A stretch of DNA of 55,156 nucleotides. Origin: a virus (lineage: Duplodnaviria; Caudoviricetes). Where the stretch lies: IMG/VR virus record IMGVR_UViG_3300021959_000053, positions 1 through 55,156 of that record. One strand, given 5' to 3'. The position numbers and the translations under genes were made by a program. Below are positions 35,499-45,341 of the stretch, in pieces; the first letter of the stretch is position 1, and each line of letters opens with the position of its first letter. A model generated the notes under the pieces. The model ran no database searches. It was not told the DNA's origin and saw only the letters and a list, made by a program, of their open reading frames with translations.

Positions 35499-36202
35499 TG
35501 GACGACTTTCCTGATAAGCCAAGGAAGTCTAGACGAAAGACCAACTACAAGGGAGCAGCCTCGAATAAAACTTCGGGTCTGCTTCCCAGAACTAAGAAGC
35601 AGAAGGAATTAATAAATGCTCTTAAAGAAAGTAATCAAGTTTTTATCCTGGGTCCAGCGGGTACTGGTAAGACGTATGTTACGGCGACTTACGCTTCCGA
35701 CCTCTACACGACGAAAAAGATCGATAAAATCGTCATCACAAGACCTCACGTTGCCGTAGGTAGAGAACTAGGTTTCTTGAAAGGAGACCTCAATGAAAAA
35801 ACTATGCCTTGGGCTTTACCTGTCTTGGATGTTTTGGAAAAACACTTGGGCAAAGGAACAGTTGATACAGGTATTAAAAACGGTAACATTGAAATGGCTC
35901 CCCTTGCTCTTATGCGTGGGCGTAGTTTTAGCGATGCTTTCATAATCGTAGACGAAACTCAGAATATAACTACACACGAGTTAAAAATGCTCTTGACAAG
36001 AGTAGGAGAAAATAGTACTATTATTCTTAATGGAGATGTACAGCAATCTGACTTGAAAGAAGCTGATGGTTTAACTAAAGTTATACACTTAGCTAAGAAA
36101 CATATGTTGCCTGTACCCATCATTGAGTTTGGAGTAGATGACATAATACGTAGTGACATAACAGCTATGTGGGTCAAAACATTTATAAAGGAAGGTATAT
36201 AA
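35498..36202 (+). CDS. phoH: PhoH-family ATPase
   Basis: GPAGTGKT, ITRP, LGFLKG, MRGRSF, DETQN, LLTRVG, GDVQQSD. Confidence 0.95.
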   Translation: MDDFPDKPRKSRRKTNYKGAASNKTSGLLPRTKKQKELINALKESNQVFILGPAGTGKTYVTATYASDLYTTKKIDKIVITRPHVAVGRELGFLKGDLNEKTMPWALPVLDVLEKHLGKGTVDTGIKNGNIEMAPLALMRGRSFSDAFIIVDETQNITTHELKMLLTRVGENSTIILNGDVQQSDLKEADGLTKVIHLAKKHMLPVPIIEFGVDDIIRSDITAMWVKTFIKEGI

Positions 36203-36486
36203 TGGCTAAATGGGGTGAAGTAAAAAAGGACGACTACTTTGGTGGACCTAAAGTTGTAGAAGATGATGTAGTAAATAAACCTGCACACTATGGCGATGGT
36301 AAAATAGAATGTATTGACTACATGAAAGACAACATGGATCACATTATGTTTATGGGATACCTAGAGGGTAACGCCAAGAAGTACTTACATAGATACAGAT
36401 ACAAAGGTAAACCTGTAGAAGACCTCAAGAAAGCACGATGGTACCTCGACAGGTTAATAACCGAAACGGAAGGACAAGATAACTAG
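36202..36486 (+). CDS. DUF3310 / T7 gp1.7-like nucleotide kinase
   Basis: VNKPAHY..G.IECID...GNAKKYLHR..YKG..EDLKKARWY. Confidence 0.85.
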   Translation: MAKWGEVKKDDYFGGPKVVEDDVVNKPAHYGDGKIECIDYMKDNMDHIMFMGYLEGNAKKYLHRYRYKGKPVEDLKKARWYLDRLITETEGQDN

Positions 36487-36507
36487 TCTACTACTATGAC
36501 AAAGCTC

Positions 36508-36536
36508 TTGACAAAGCTACCTAATTATGCTAGACT
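36508..36536 (+). promoter_or_regulatory. sigma70-type promoter
   Basis: TTGACA-17 nt-TAGACT with TG extension. Confidence 0.7.
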
Positions 36537-36565
36537 GATCTTAACTTTATCAGAGGGTAGAGAAG

Positions 36566-36811
36566 ATGGCACCAAAGAAAACTAAAAAGCCTCCTGGTCC
36601 TACGTTGGAACAAGAGGCTAAAGAGTTCTTAACAAAGAAGGTAGTAAATAAACCACCTGCGGCAGTTCCTGATACTGACGCTTCCTGCAACAGGGAACTA
36701 CTAGCAGCCTCTGCATTGTCTGGGCTGTTAGTACAAGGTGGATCAACACGGGCAGAAGAACTCGTGGAAGAGGCTTTTAGGTATGCAGACTTAATCCTCA
36801 AATATAAGTAA
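36566..36811 (+). CDS. Hypothetical protein
   Basis: Has its own promoter and terminator; AASALSGLL..AFRYADLIL. Confidence 0.65.
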   Translation: MAPKKTKKPPGPTLEQEAKEFLTKKVVNKPPAAVPDTDASCNRELLAASALSGLLVQGGSTRAEELVEEAFRYADLILKYK

Positions 36812-36819
36812 CCCAACTA

Positions 36820-36850
36820 GCCCCTTTGTTTAATTACAGAGGGGTTTTTT
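36820..36850 (+). terminator. Terminator at the convergence of the two transcription arms
   Basis: GCCCCTTTGT-TTAATT-ACAGAGGGGT followed by TTTTT. Confidence 0.85.
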
Positions 36851-36854
36851 ATCT

Positions 36855-39800
36855 TTAATCAACAGATGCAGGATTGATATTAACTCGTTTATAATATTCA
36901 GTAAGATCTATCTGTCTTTCGACAAGACTAATTTCACCAGAGTTAAGGTCTCCTAATTCTTTATTTTCTATACCTAGATCTTCGATAGCTAGTCTAATTG
37001 TTTCAATTGAGTTCTTTGAAACCAAGTCGTACTGAGCACCTAAAGTATTCTGAGGCCCATTGTACCTCAAAAATAACAAAGTTTTTGCATCATCTTTAAT
37101 CCTATCCACTCTTTCTTTCCAACGAATCATTTGATCATCACGGCTAAGCTGTCTAAATGCTTTATTTTTCATCTTTTTAGCTGCCCAGTCCTCTAGAGAA
37201 AGATACATAACCATATTGTACGCGTTTACAGCCCCTGGTATATACTCTCTTTTTTCTTTAGAAAGTTTTGAGTTTACAGCCCATTGATTAATTCCTAGTA
37301 AATTCATAAGTCGCTGTGTATCTGTTAGTCTAGGTGCTCTTGGTCCACCAAAACTTGTTGCACTCTGTTGGTCTATAGGACCACCAGCCCCACTTACCTT
37401 AGGTGGGGCAGACTCCCCCTTCAAAAAAGAAGCAGTAGTATCTATGTATCTAAATGAATCTCCTATAAACTTATTACCTTGAGCCACATCTTTTGGTCTT
37501 TGATCGACATTTAGTGCAACTCCAAGTGCAGTGTCAACAGGCTGTAGAGGCCTTAAAAAACCACTGATACCTTGAGCTACAATATCAGAAGCAATGTCTA
37601 CACCTTGTATACCTGCTTCTTTTAGCTCACCAGCTAGTATAGCAGCCCCAAACTCAGCAAAGCCTTCACCTGTCTTAGTTAAATTTCTTGTTAAACCACC
37701 GCCTCCAAAGTCCTTACCTACTTGTTTTATTATGTCTGGTGGTACTTCCTCTCCCGCCATATTGTATGAGATAATACGTGAAGCAGCCTTAAACAAAGAA
37801 AGAGGGTAGTCGTACTGCTGTGATACAACTTCTCCATTTATTACTTCTTCATACAGACCTAATCCTTGTCTGCGGTTCTCGTCTTCATCTTGCGCCATGC
37901 CGTATACTAAACCAGCCACCACAGCGCCACGAGCATTTAATTCAAGATAAGACTTGTTACTAGCTTCTTTTGAGTATTTACCAGAAGCTTTAGCAGCTAT
38001 GTTAAGAAGTGGAGTATTCTTAACTCCAAAGTCAATAGTGTTATTAAAGAACTTACCAAAAGGAACCATAAAGCCTAAGCCAGGTATACCCCTCATATCT
38101 TCAATAAAACCAGCTATTTGACCTAATGTATCACTGTTGTTTTTGTATGACTTAGAGAATATGTTTTCGTTGGTACGCATTACAGCCATTAGTTCTAATT
38201 CTTTATAGTCTTTTGTAGCCATATACTTTTTAACATCAGGATCTGTATAAAATTCATTCCATCCCTTTTTAAATTTAAGACGTAGCATTTTATTCATTTG
38301 ACTTACGTATTCTTGAGACTTAGTTAGACTGTCTTGAAAATGAACACCAGATGCATGTTGCATACCGTTTATAATTGTATCTAACTTATTCTGAACTACT
38401 CCACCTTTACCGCCTACAGATACCATCTGGTCTACAGTTGTAGCTACATCGATACCACCAGCTAGTGTCCTGTCGAGTGTTTTTAGGCCCCCTGTGCTCC
38501 TTAGGATAGCACTCTTGTAGGCAGCGTAGGTCATGTCAGGGTCTAAAGCAAACTTAATTCTGTCTTTAGTACCCAACATTAAGTGTTTAGCTGCCTCAAG
38601 CTCTGCACCGCCTTTATCCCCTACCCTTAGAACTGATTTTAAAGTCCCAGCTGAAGCTTTGTACAGAGCCATAGTTAGGTCTGTTGACGCGTCTAAACCA
38701 GCAGCACTGGTATACCCTACTAGATTGAGAAGCGTAGTTGAAGGATGTGACACTAAGCTACGTATAAATTTATTTTGTATCTCAGACATATTAGAAATAA
38801 AAGGACCACTAAACTTCTTTTTATCGCCAAATGGCACTAAGTTATGACCCAGAGCTTCTGACATTACATCACTCAAAGTTAGATCTTTAATATCTATTTC
38901 TAGATTTTTAGATGCTTGAGCTACACTATTCATTTCACGAGCTGATTTGTTTATAGTTTTAGCAAAAGCTTCACTGAACTGTTCAGGGCTTAACAACTGC
39001 GTTTTGGGAGATTTACTTTTAGAAGCTTTAGGGTTAAGAGCCTTAACAATAGAGTTTATATCTTCTTGATCAAATTTATCTTTTATAAAATCAGCAATAA
39101 AGTTTGAGATAGTGTCTTCATCATTTTCTTTTGTGAAGAAGTATCCACCCTCTTGCATGATTTGTGCTAGACCTTTAAGGGCTGGTGTTGCCTTAACACC
39201 CTCCTTAGCCTCTTGAGCTGATCTTCCTAATATTAAATCAATAAAGAAATCACCGTCTTCTGGGCCAAGTATCTTACCTTTTTTAACCTTTTCGAGCCAC
39301 GGTATACCTTTTTCTGGGGTAGAAGAAGCCCACTCACTTAATGACTTCTTTAACTCACTAGATATTTCTTTTGGTGTAGACTGCTTAACTACCTCAGTGA
39401 TTAGGGCTGTGTCAGTAAATCCACGTTTAGCTACAATACCTGCCTGAATACCACCCATAGCCATAGATGTTAAGGCAGCAAGCCCCACAGCACTCTTGTT
39501 AATCTCACTTTGAACATTAGTTTCAAGCAAACTTCTTTGGTAGAGGAACTCAGTACCAGAACTTGCAGCGGCGTCTATAACAGTTGCCGTGCTAATCTCT
39601 TTGATACCTTGCTTACTAAGTACACGAGTAAGTGCTTTCTCACTAGCCATCTTTGCAGCAAACTCAGAGATTTCAGCAGCACCCTCAACAGCAAGAGTCT
39701 TAGATGCTTTTTTCATAATTTTATTAGATGTTTTCTTAGCTGTCTCTTTAGTAGCACCAGCTAGTAGCTGTCTAGAAGCTTCACGTTTTGCTACATCAGC

Positions 39801-40586
39801 CGCTGTCTTTGTAGCAGCGCGAATAGCTGTACCACCAACAGCCTTGCCTATAATACCACCAGCAAGGTTTATTGGGTCCACAATAACACTGAAGGCATAG
39901 TCACCCATAGCTCTACCAAACTCAGACCAAGTTACACCTTCTCCAGTTATATTTTCCATACCCTCAAAGATTGCATAGGCTTTACCTGCTTTAAGAAGAC
40001 GATCAGGATCTTCTTTGGCATCCATGAGGTAGTCTACTTCTCCTATAGCTTTAATGGAATTTCCTGAGGCGTTACCTCTCCGATTATCCAAAAATAACTC
40101 AACTACTTCAGCATTAGTCTTGTTTTCAACAGCTTGAAGGCCGTATCTATCTTCTATATAGTCACGTACAGGCTCAAATAGCTCTGGTCTAGCAACTATA
40201 TCATCCTCAGAGTAAGTACCTTTTTCAACTCCAGTGGGTAGACCAACCAAAGCACCACTGTTAGTACTTTCCTCTAACCTGTAGCCATCTTCTGGTAAGC
40301 TGGATTGAAGCACATCTTCTGGTTCTTCTAACCTGTAACCATCTTCTGGTAGACTGCTATCGACTGACTCTTCTTCTGGTTCTTCTAATCTGTAGCCATC
40401 TTCTGGTAGACTATATTCAGCCAATTCTTCAGTTACCTCAGGCTCAGGTAGTGCTTCAGGTTGTGCCTGATTAGAGGAAAAAGACAAAGTACTTACAGTG
40501 TCCTTTATAATGTCTTTTTCTTCGCCTCTTGATCCTCTTTCCCTATTTACATTAACAGGTTTAAAAGTCTCTGAAAAACTAACCAT
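36855..40586 (-). CDS. Large internal virion (ejection) protein
   Basis: 1243 aa, helical, last gene of the late arm. Confidence 0.65.
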   Translation of the reverse strand: MVSFSETFKPVNVNRERGSRGEEKDIIKDTVSTLSFSSNQAQPEALPEPEVTEELAEYSLPEDGYRLEEPEEESVDSSLPEDGYRLEEPEDVLQSSLPEDGYRLEESTNSGALVGLPTGVEKGTYSEDDIVARPELFEPVRDYIEDRYGLQAVENKTNAEVVELFLDNRRGNASGNSIKAIGEVDYLMDAKEDPDRLLKAGKAYAIFEGMENITGEGVTWSEFGRAMGDYAFSVIVDPINLAGGIIGKAVGGTAIRAATKTAADVAKREASRQLLAGATKETAKKTSNKIMKKASKTLAVEGAAEISEFAAKMASEKALTRVLSKQGIKEISTATVIDAAASSGTEFLYQRSLLETNVQSEINKSAVGLAALTSMAMGGIQAGIVAKRGFTDTALITEVVKQSTPKEISSELKKSLSEWASSTPEKGIPWLEKVKKGKILGPEDGDFFIDLILGRSAQEAKEGVKATPALKGLAQIMQEGGYFFTKENDEDTISNFIADFIKDKFDQEDINSIVKALNPKASKSKSPKTQLLSPEQFSEAFAKTINKSAREMNSVAQASKNLEIDIKDLTLSDVMSEALGHNLVPFGDKKKFSGPFISNMSEIQNKFIRSLVSHPSTTLLNLVGYTSAAGLDASTDLTMALYKASAGTLKSVLRVGDKGGAELEAAKHLMLGTKDRIKFALDPDMTYAAYKSAILRSTGGLKTLDRTLAGGIDVATTVDQMVSVGGKGGVVQNKLDTIINGMQHASGVHFQDSLTKSQEYVSQMNKMLRLKFKKGWNEFYTDPDVKKYMATKDYKELELMAVMRTNENIFSKSYKNNSDTLGQIAGFIEDMRGIPGLGFMVPFGKFFNNTIDFGVKNTPLLNIAAKASGKYSKEASNKSYLELNARGAVVAGLVYGMAQDEDENRRQGLGLYEEVINGEVVSQQYDYPLSLFKAASRIISYNMAGEEVPPDIIKQVGKDFGGGGLTRNLTKTGEGFAEFGAAILAGELKEAGIQGVDIASDIVAQGISGFLRPLQPVDTALGVALNVDQRPKDVAQGNKFIGDSFRYIDTTASFLKGESAPPKVSGAGGPIDQQSATSFGGPRAPRLTDTQRLMNLLGINQWAVNSKLSKEKREYIPGAVNAYNMVMYLSLEDWAAKKMKNKAFRQLSRDDQMIRWKERVDRIKDDAKTLLFLRYNGPQNTLGAQYDLVSKNSIETIRLAIEDLGIENKELGDLNSGEISLVERQIDLTEYYKRVNINPASVD
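40270..40413 (-). repeat. Three coding repeats SLPEDGYRLEE
   Basis: Visible in both DNA and protein. Confidence 0.9.
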
Positions 40587-41985
40587 TTCTGATTGCCTCT
40601 ACATTTTGTATAGCTCTATCTGTAAGCTCTTTCAGTACAGAAGTATCCATATTAGGATTAATCAGCTCTTTTACAGTGACTAGAGTTTGCTTGTAAGCTT
40701 CTAGTTCTTTATCGTTAGTAGGCATTTTTAGCCCAAACTCTGAAAACTGTTCCTGTGCTTGGTCTACTGGTCTCATTTCAGTATTCTCTTCCATTGGTTC
40801 TGTATCCATATCATCAGCAAGACCACCTTTACTAAATTTTACTGATCTCGTTTCAGTAGTATTTTCCCTGGGTGGTACAACAAACGGCTTGAAAACACCA
40901 TTTTCAGATCGGTAATATACTTTAAGACCAGAATCTAAATTTGGTAGAGCATCCTCAAGTTCTTTTTTACTGTTATACACAAGACCATTTGTAACATTTG
41001 CATCATGTATTTTTTTTTGATTAACATCCAACACTTTAATTGTATTTTCTTCTGTAGAAGGTAAGAGAGCCTTAAGGTCTTTAACCAAAGGATTTACGTC
41101 TGCATTTTCGTCTATTATTTCAGAGGATTCTTTAGGAAAAGTTTTAATTATTTTTGCCATACCTTGAGACTGTACGGCACCTTCTGGGTTTTCCAGCATA
41201 AGAAGTGCATCTGCAGCATCCTTGGAGCCTTGTCCTGACTTCAAAGTAGCTAAATTTGTTAGTCGAGTTATAGTATTTTGAAACTGTGTTTTTTGCCTTG
41301 TATCAGATATTGGAGCACCAGTTTGAAGTAAAAGTACTTGGTCTGGTACATAACTGTAAGCCATAATAGTTGCCTTAGTTAAAGCAGTAATATCGTTAAT
41401 AATGGTATCTCCTGAACCAACACTACTCATAAGTTCTTTAATATCGTTTATGTCAGAACCCTTAGTCTCACCTACTATTTTCATGTATTTAGGTACGTCT
41501 TCGAGAGCAACCACATTTCCTTTTTTTGCTTGTTCCTCTAAAAAAGAAATAATAGTCACCTGTGCTTGAGGGTCAGTCCTAGCAGACTTGTAGAAAAGAT
41601 CTTCTTTAGATCCATCTTCTACGTTTAAACCCTTAATAATACCATTAAACTTAGCTTGAGTTGCTGTAATTACTGGTACGGTCATACTTTTTTTAAGATT
41701 ATTGATTTTTTTAGGATTAGACTCAGGGCTAACGTCATTAGAAGAAATATTACCCGCTAATTCTCTAGCTAGCTGTGGTGGCAACGCTGCATAAAATGAT
41801 GCTGTTGCTTGAAGTACTCGAAGATCATTTGTTTCTTTGTCTCTATTTTTGTTATACTCAAAAACCATGTCTCGGTAGGCATCTGCCTCTTCGTCCCTAG
41901 ATCTTCTGTAAGCAGTTTCTTCTTCTGCTATTCTCTCCTTTTGCTTTGCCTCTACTCCTGCTGCAACACCCGCCCAAAAAGCCAT
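40579..41985 (-). CDS. Putative internal virion protein
   Basis: 468 aa, MAFWAGVAAG start, position in the ejection cluster. Confidence 0.55.
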   Translation of the reverse strand: MAFWAGVAAGVEAKQKERIAEEETAYRRSRDEEADAYRDMVFEYNKNRDKETNDLRVLQATASFYAALPPQLARELAGNISSNDVSPESNPKKINNLKKSMTVPVITATQAKFNGIIKGLNVEDGSKEDLFYKSARTDPQAQVTIISFLEEQAKKGNVVALEDVPKYMKIVGETKGSDINDIKELMSSVGSGDTIINDITALTKATIMAYSYVPDQVLLLQTGAPISDTRQKTQFQNTITRLTNLATLKSGQGSKDAADALLMLENPEGAVQSQGMAKIIKTFPKESSEIIDENADVNPLVKDLKALLPSTEENTIKVLDVNQKKIHDANVTNGLVYNSKKELEDALPNLDSGLKVYYRSENGVFKPFVVPPRENTTETRSVKFSKGGLADDMDTEPMEENTEMRPVDQAQEQFSEFGLKMPTNDKELEAYKQTLVTVKELINPNMDTSVLKELTDRAIQNVEAIRNG

Positions 41986-42518
41986 CAGACCATACTCCCT
42001 TTACGTGACATTAGACCCTTTGGTTCTCTGTCTTCTTCTTCAGAAGGCATACTATCTTCAACCTCGTCTACATCATCCTCATCGTCAGATTCAATGTAGT
42101 CTTCACCAGTCCTAGCCTCTGCCTCTTCAATTAGTTTAGTAGCTTTCTTTACATTAATTTGGTATCGTATTTCTACACGGTTTTCTTCATCCTTCTCGTC
42201 TTCAATACCTTCGTCGTACTCAACTCCATTTCTGTCAGCAGTTGACTTGATAAACTCGTGTATGATTGGAGCTATGATAAGTGAGATATCAATGCTATGC
42301 CTACCCTCTAGTACAGCTGCTCTTAGAACGCCTTCAGTTACAGACACAATGTCAAGACCTAACTCTAAAGTATCTAACAAAGCTTCTTTGCGCTTAGCCT
42401 CAGATAAACGGCCCAAGTGAAATTCAGTAGCATCCTCAGGAGTATTCATCTGAGGTGGGTTTTCGTAAGGAGCATTCTTTGGCTCAGCCGTAAGGGATTG
42501 GCCTGGGATAATAGACAT
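41985..42518 (-). CDS. Conserved virion-associated protein
   Basis: IPGQSLT.EPKNAPYENPP; C-terminal KGLMSR. Confidence 0.6.
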   Translation of the reverse strand: MSIIPGQSLTAEPKNAPYENPPQMNTPEDATEFHLGRLSEAKRKEALLDTLELGLDIVSVTEGVLRAAVLEGRHSIDISLIIAPIIHEFIKSTADRNGVEYDEGIEDEKDEENRVEIRYQINVKKATKLIEEAEARTGEDYIESDDEDDVDEVEDSMPSEEEDREPKGLMSRKGSMV

Positions 42519-42531
42519 CTCTTAATCCTTC

Positions 42532-43302
42532 TTATTCTGTATTTCTTTTATATCTTGCTTCTCTTGCTGGTCTATGCTTTTGTTTAGGTCTTAAAAAATG
42601 ATTAAGAATAGCAATACCAGCTCCACCCGATGTAGATGTTTTTTCTATTTTAGACATAGCCTCTTTTTCTGTAGTTTTTAATTCTAACTCAAGAAAGTCT
42701 AACTGAGTGTCTATATCACCAAGGCTAGCGTTTCTATCTTTAGCAAAAGATTCGTACTGTTTACGCCGAGTACCCGTAAGTTGATACAATCCAAAACCAC
42801 CTCTAGATCCTTTTACTTCAGGGTTAGCTTCATTGATGTTAGGATCAAAACCTGACTCATCCTTAAAATTCATAACAAAGCCTTCAGCTACATGAGGTTC
42901 AAATCCACGCTCAATTAACTTTCCGTACAGTTGTTTTCCTTTGTCGGTGTAGCCACCCTTACGGTAAGAGTCAGATCTAGCTTTAGGACGAGGAGACTCC
43001 TCAGGGGCATATGGTCCCTCTTGATCTTGGATAGCTCTGAGGTACTCTTGCCCTTGGTAAAGTGAACTAGTGTCTGGTCTTATCTTTGGGCGCATAATAC
43101 CACCAGTAGTGTCAGACCTTCTTTGTTCAGCCTTTGGTTGTGCAAACTGACTAGGTTGATCCTGAGGAGTAGGCGCTACTTCTTTTCTAGTCATAGGTCT
43201 TGGAGAAGTTTCAGGAGCATACTCTGAAGCCAGTATTTCACGTTGTTTTAGTAAGTTCTCTACGTAAGCACCTTTACCTGTTGCATTTGAAAACAATGTC
43301 AT
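42532..43302 (-). CDS. Virion-associated lysozyme (phage tail lysozyme-like)
   Basis: GFVMNFKDESGFDP, GFGLYQLTGTRR, QLDFLELEL. Confidence 0.8.
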   Translation of the reverse strand: MTLFSNATGKGAYVENLLKQREILASEYAPETSPRPMTRKEVAPTPQDQPSQFAQPKAEQRRSDTTGGIMRPKIRPDTSSLYQGQEYLRAIQDQEGPYAPEESPRPKARSDSYRKGGYTDKGKQLYGKLIERGFEPHVAEGFVMNFKDESGFDPNINEANPEVKGSRGGFGLYQLTGTRRKQYESFAKDRNASLGDIDTQLDFLELELKTTEKEAMSKIEKTSTSGGAGIAILNHFLRPKQKHRPAREARYKRNTE

Positions 43303-43316
43303 TGTGTATACCCTTA

Positions 43317-45197
43317 CTATCCTATTATTTTTCCAATAAGGTATCCAATACCTTCTCTATTCTTTCTTCTTGTTTCTTGTGCTGACTCCCACTTAGCGAG
43401 TTCTACCTGTTTGTCTGCAAGAAAAACACTTAATGCTCTATCTGTTGCATTCTCTGATTGCCTAAATGCATAATCCATAATGTCACGTTCACGCTGCCAT
43501 ATCTGATCTAAACCACTTTGCGTAAAGGTGTTAGCAGTCATAGCTGCTTGCATATTTGACTGGTTTTGTGCGGCAGCATTAAGTGTAGACGTATTCTGTC
43601 GCCACTGTGCATTAGCTTGAGCAACAACTAAAGCATTTGTTGCGTTAAACTGATCACGCTGTATTTCCATTCCTGCATTAAACTTTTGTATATCATTATT
43701 TAAGTTAGCAAAGAACTGATTAGTTTGATTTTCACTAGCTGCATTAAACTGAGAAGCAGCATTTACAGCAGCTTGGTCTGTCAATAAAGCCTGTATGTTT
43801 TGTTGAGTTTTAAACATATCTGTTTGTTGCTGCAGGTCCATGTTCTTCATGTCCATTGAAAGAAAAGACTGAGCATTTGTAACAGCAGCTTGTTGGCGAT
43901 TATTAAGGTTAGCCATGTCTACTTGAGACATAGCAGCAGCGTCTGCTAGTACCTTAGCATTAACTGCATTCATGTTATTAATGTCAACTGTCTGAGCCAA
44001 ATTAGCATTCTCTAAAGCTATTTGTTGCTCAGCTGTGAAATTTATATTAGCTACATCAGATATCTTAGCAGCATTAGCTACTCTAGTCTGAAATTCCTGA
44101 GTAAACTGCATACCCAAGAAGTTGGCTCTCTGTTCTGCAGCAAACATAGCCGTCTGTTGACGGTTGGATAAGTTTTGAGATTCAAACTTAGAAAAGGTTT
44201 CTGCGTCCGTCATTGCAATAGGAAGAGCAGACTCCATAGCAGCTTGTACAACAGCTTGACCAGCCATACTAGAAGCACCTAGACCTCTAGCCGATAAAGC
44301 TTCAGTTGCTTTCCTAAGGGCTCCTGCGGCCCAAGCTGGGGGCTCTTCATCTTCAAAGTCTTCCATAAGACCTTCGAGTTGACCCTTAACTGTAGCTTGC
44401 TTAGAGGGATCAGCTTGTGCAGCTTGAATATCTAGAGCTTCATCTACAGCCGCCATATCAACAGCTGACCCTGATATAAGTTCTCCAGATTCTATCTTAC
44501 GTTTTGCAGCAGGTTTAACTACTTGAGCTTCTTCAATTTGATCAACATCTAGATCAAGCCTAGCAAGTTTAGTTGGGTCAGTACCTGCAGCCTTTACTTT
44601 AGCGTCATCCGAGACTGTACCTGTAGCCGCTGTTAACTTATCAGTTTCTTTAGCTACATCAGCTGAAACTGTACTAGCTGTTGCTTTAGCTGCGTCTTTT
44701 GAGTCTGCAGCAGACACTACAGGTGCATCACCCGTAAGGGTTCCCGTGCCTTCTTTTATAAGGCCAGTGTTAGCATCTATTTTAGCTACTTCAGACTTGT
44801 AGACAAGTGACGATGGATCTTCTATTGCTTTCTTCTGGGCTATGTAGGAAGCATCCCGAATTACCTTAGCTCTCGCAGCGTTTTCTTTATCTCGTTCTTT
44901 CTGGGCCTTCCTAGCTTCTTCTTCCTCTTTCTCTATTCTTTTCTTTTCTGCTTCTTCTTTAGCTTTTTTCTCTTCTTCTTTTCTTTTCTTCTCTGCTTCT
45001 TCTTTAGCAACCTGAGCTGCACCCTTTCTAGCTACAGCTCTTGCTCTTGCTGCAGCTGCCTCACGAGCTTTGTACTCAGGAGAGTTTTTATCAGTAGCCC
45101 ATGCAGGTGCTTCTCCACCCTCACCCTCAAAGGTAATTAACCCAGAAGCCCTTGGGTGTAAGTAGCGCTGCAAAGAAAAAGGGTTATAAATCATCAT
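43317..45197 (-). CDS. Internal virion (ejection) protein, Gln/Asn/Ala-rich
   Basis: PAWAAGA, GLGASSMAG, NLSNRQQ, QFNA repeats. Confidence 0.65.
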   Translation of the reverse strand: MMIYNPFSLQRYLHPRASGLITFEGEGGEAPAWATDKNSPEYKAREAAAARARAVARKGAAQVAKEEAEKKRKEEEKKAKEEAEKKRIEKEEEEARKAQKERDKENAARAKVIRDASYIAQKKAIEDPSSLVYKSEVAKIDANTGLIKEGTGTLTGDAPVVSAADSKDAAKATASTVSADVAKETDKLTAATGTVSDDAKVKAAGTDPTKLARLDLDVDQIEEAQVVKPAAKRKIESGELISGSAVDMAAVDEALDIQAAQADPSKQATVKGQLEGLMEDFEDEEPPAWAAGALRKATEALSARGLGASSMAGQAVVQAAMESALPIAMTDAETFSKFESQNLSNRQQTAMFAAEQRANFLGMQFTQEFQTRVANAAKISDVANINFTAEQQIALENANLAQTVDINNMNAVNAKVLADAAAMSQVDMANLNNRQQAAVTNAQSFLSMDMKNMDLQQQTDMFKTQQNIQALLTDQAAVNAASQFNAASENQTNQFFANLNNDIQKFNAGMEIQRDQFNATNALVVAQANAQWRQNTSTLNAAAQNQSNMQAAMTANTFTQSGLDQIWQRERDIMDYAFRQSENATDRALSVFLADKQVELAKWESAQETRRKNREGIGYLIGKIIG

Positions 45198-45341
45198 AAA
45201 GTCCTTCTATGTACTCTATTTTATTGTAAACTTCTTTGAAAGTGGACCTCAGTGGTTTCAAAGAGTTCCTTTTAGTTTTATACTCTATTTGATTAGAGTA
45301 AATATAAAAGCAATAGTATGTATTAGTATAACTATAAGTTA

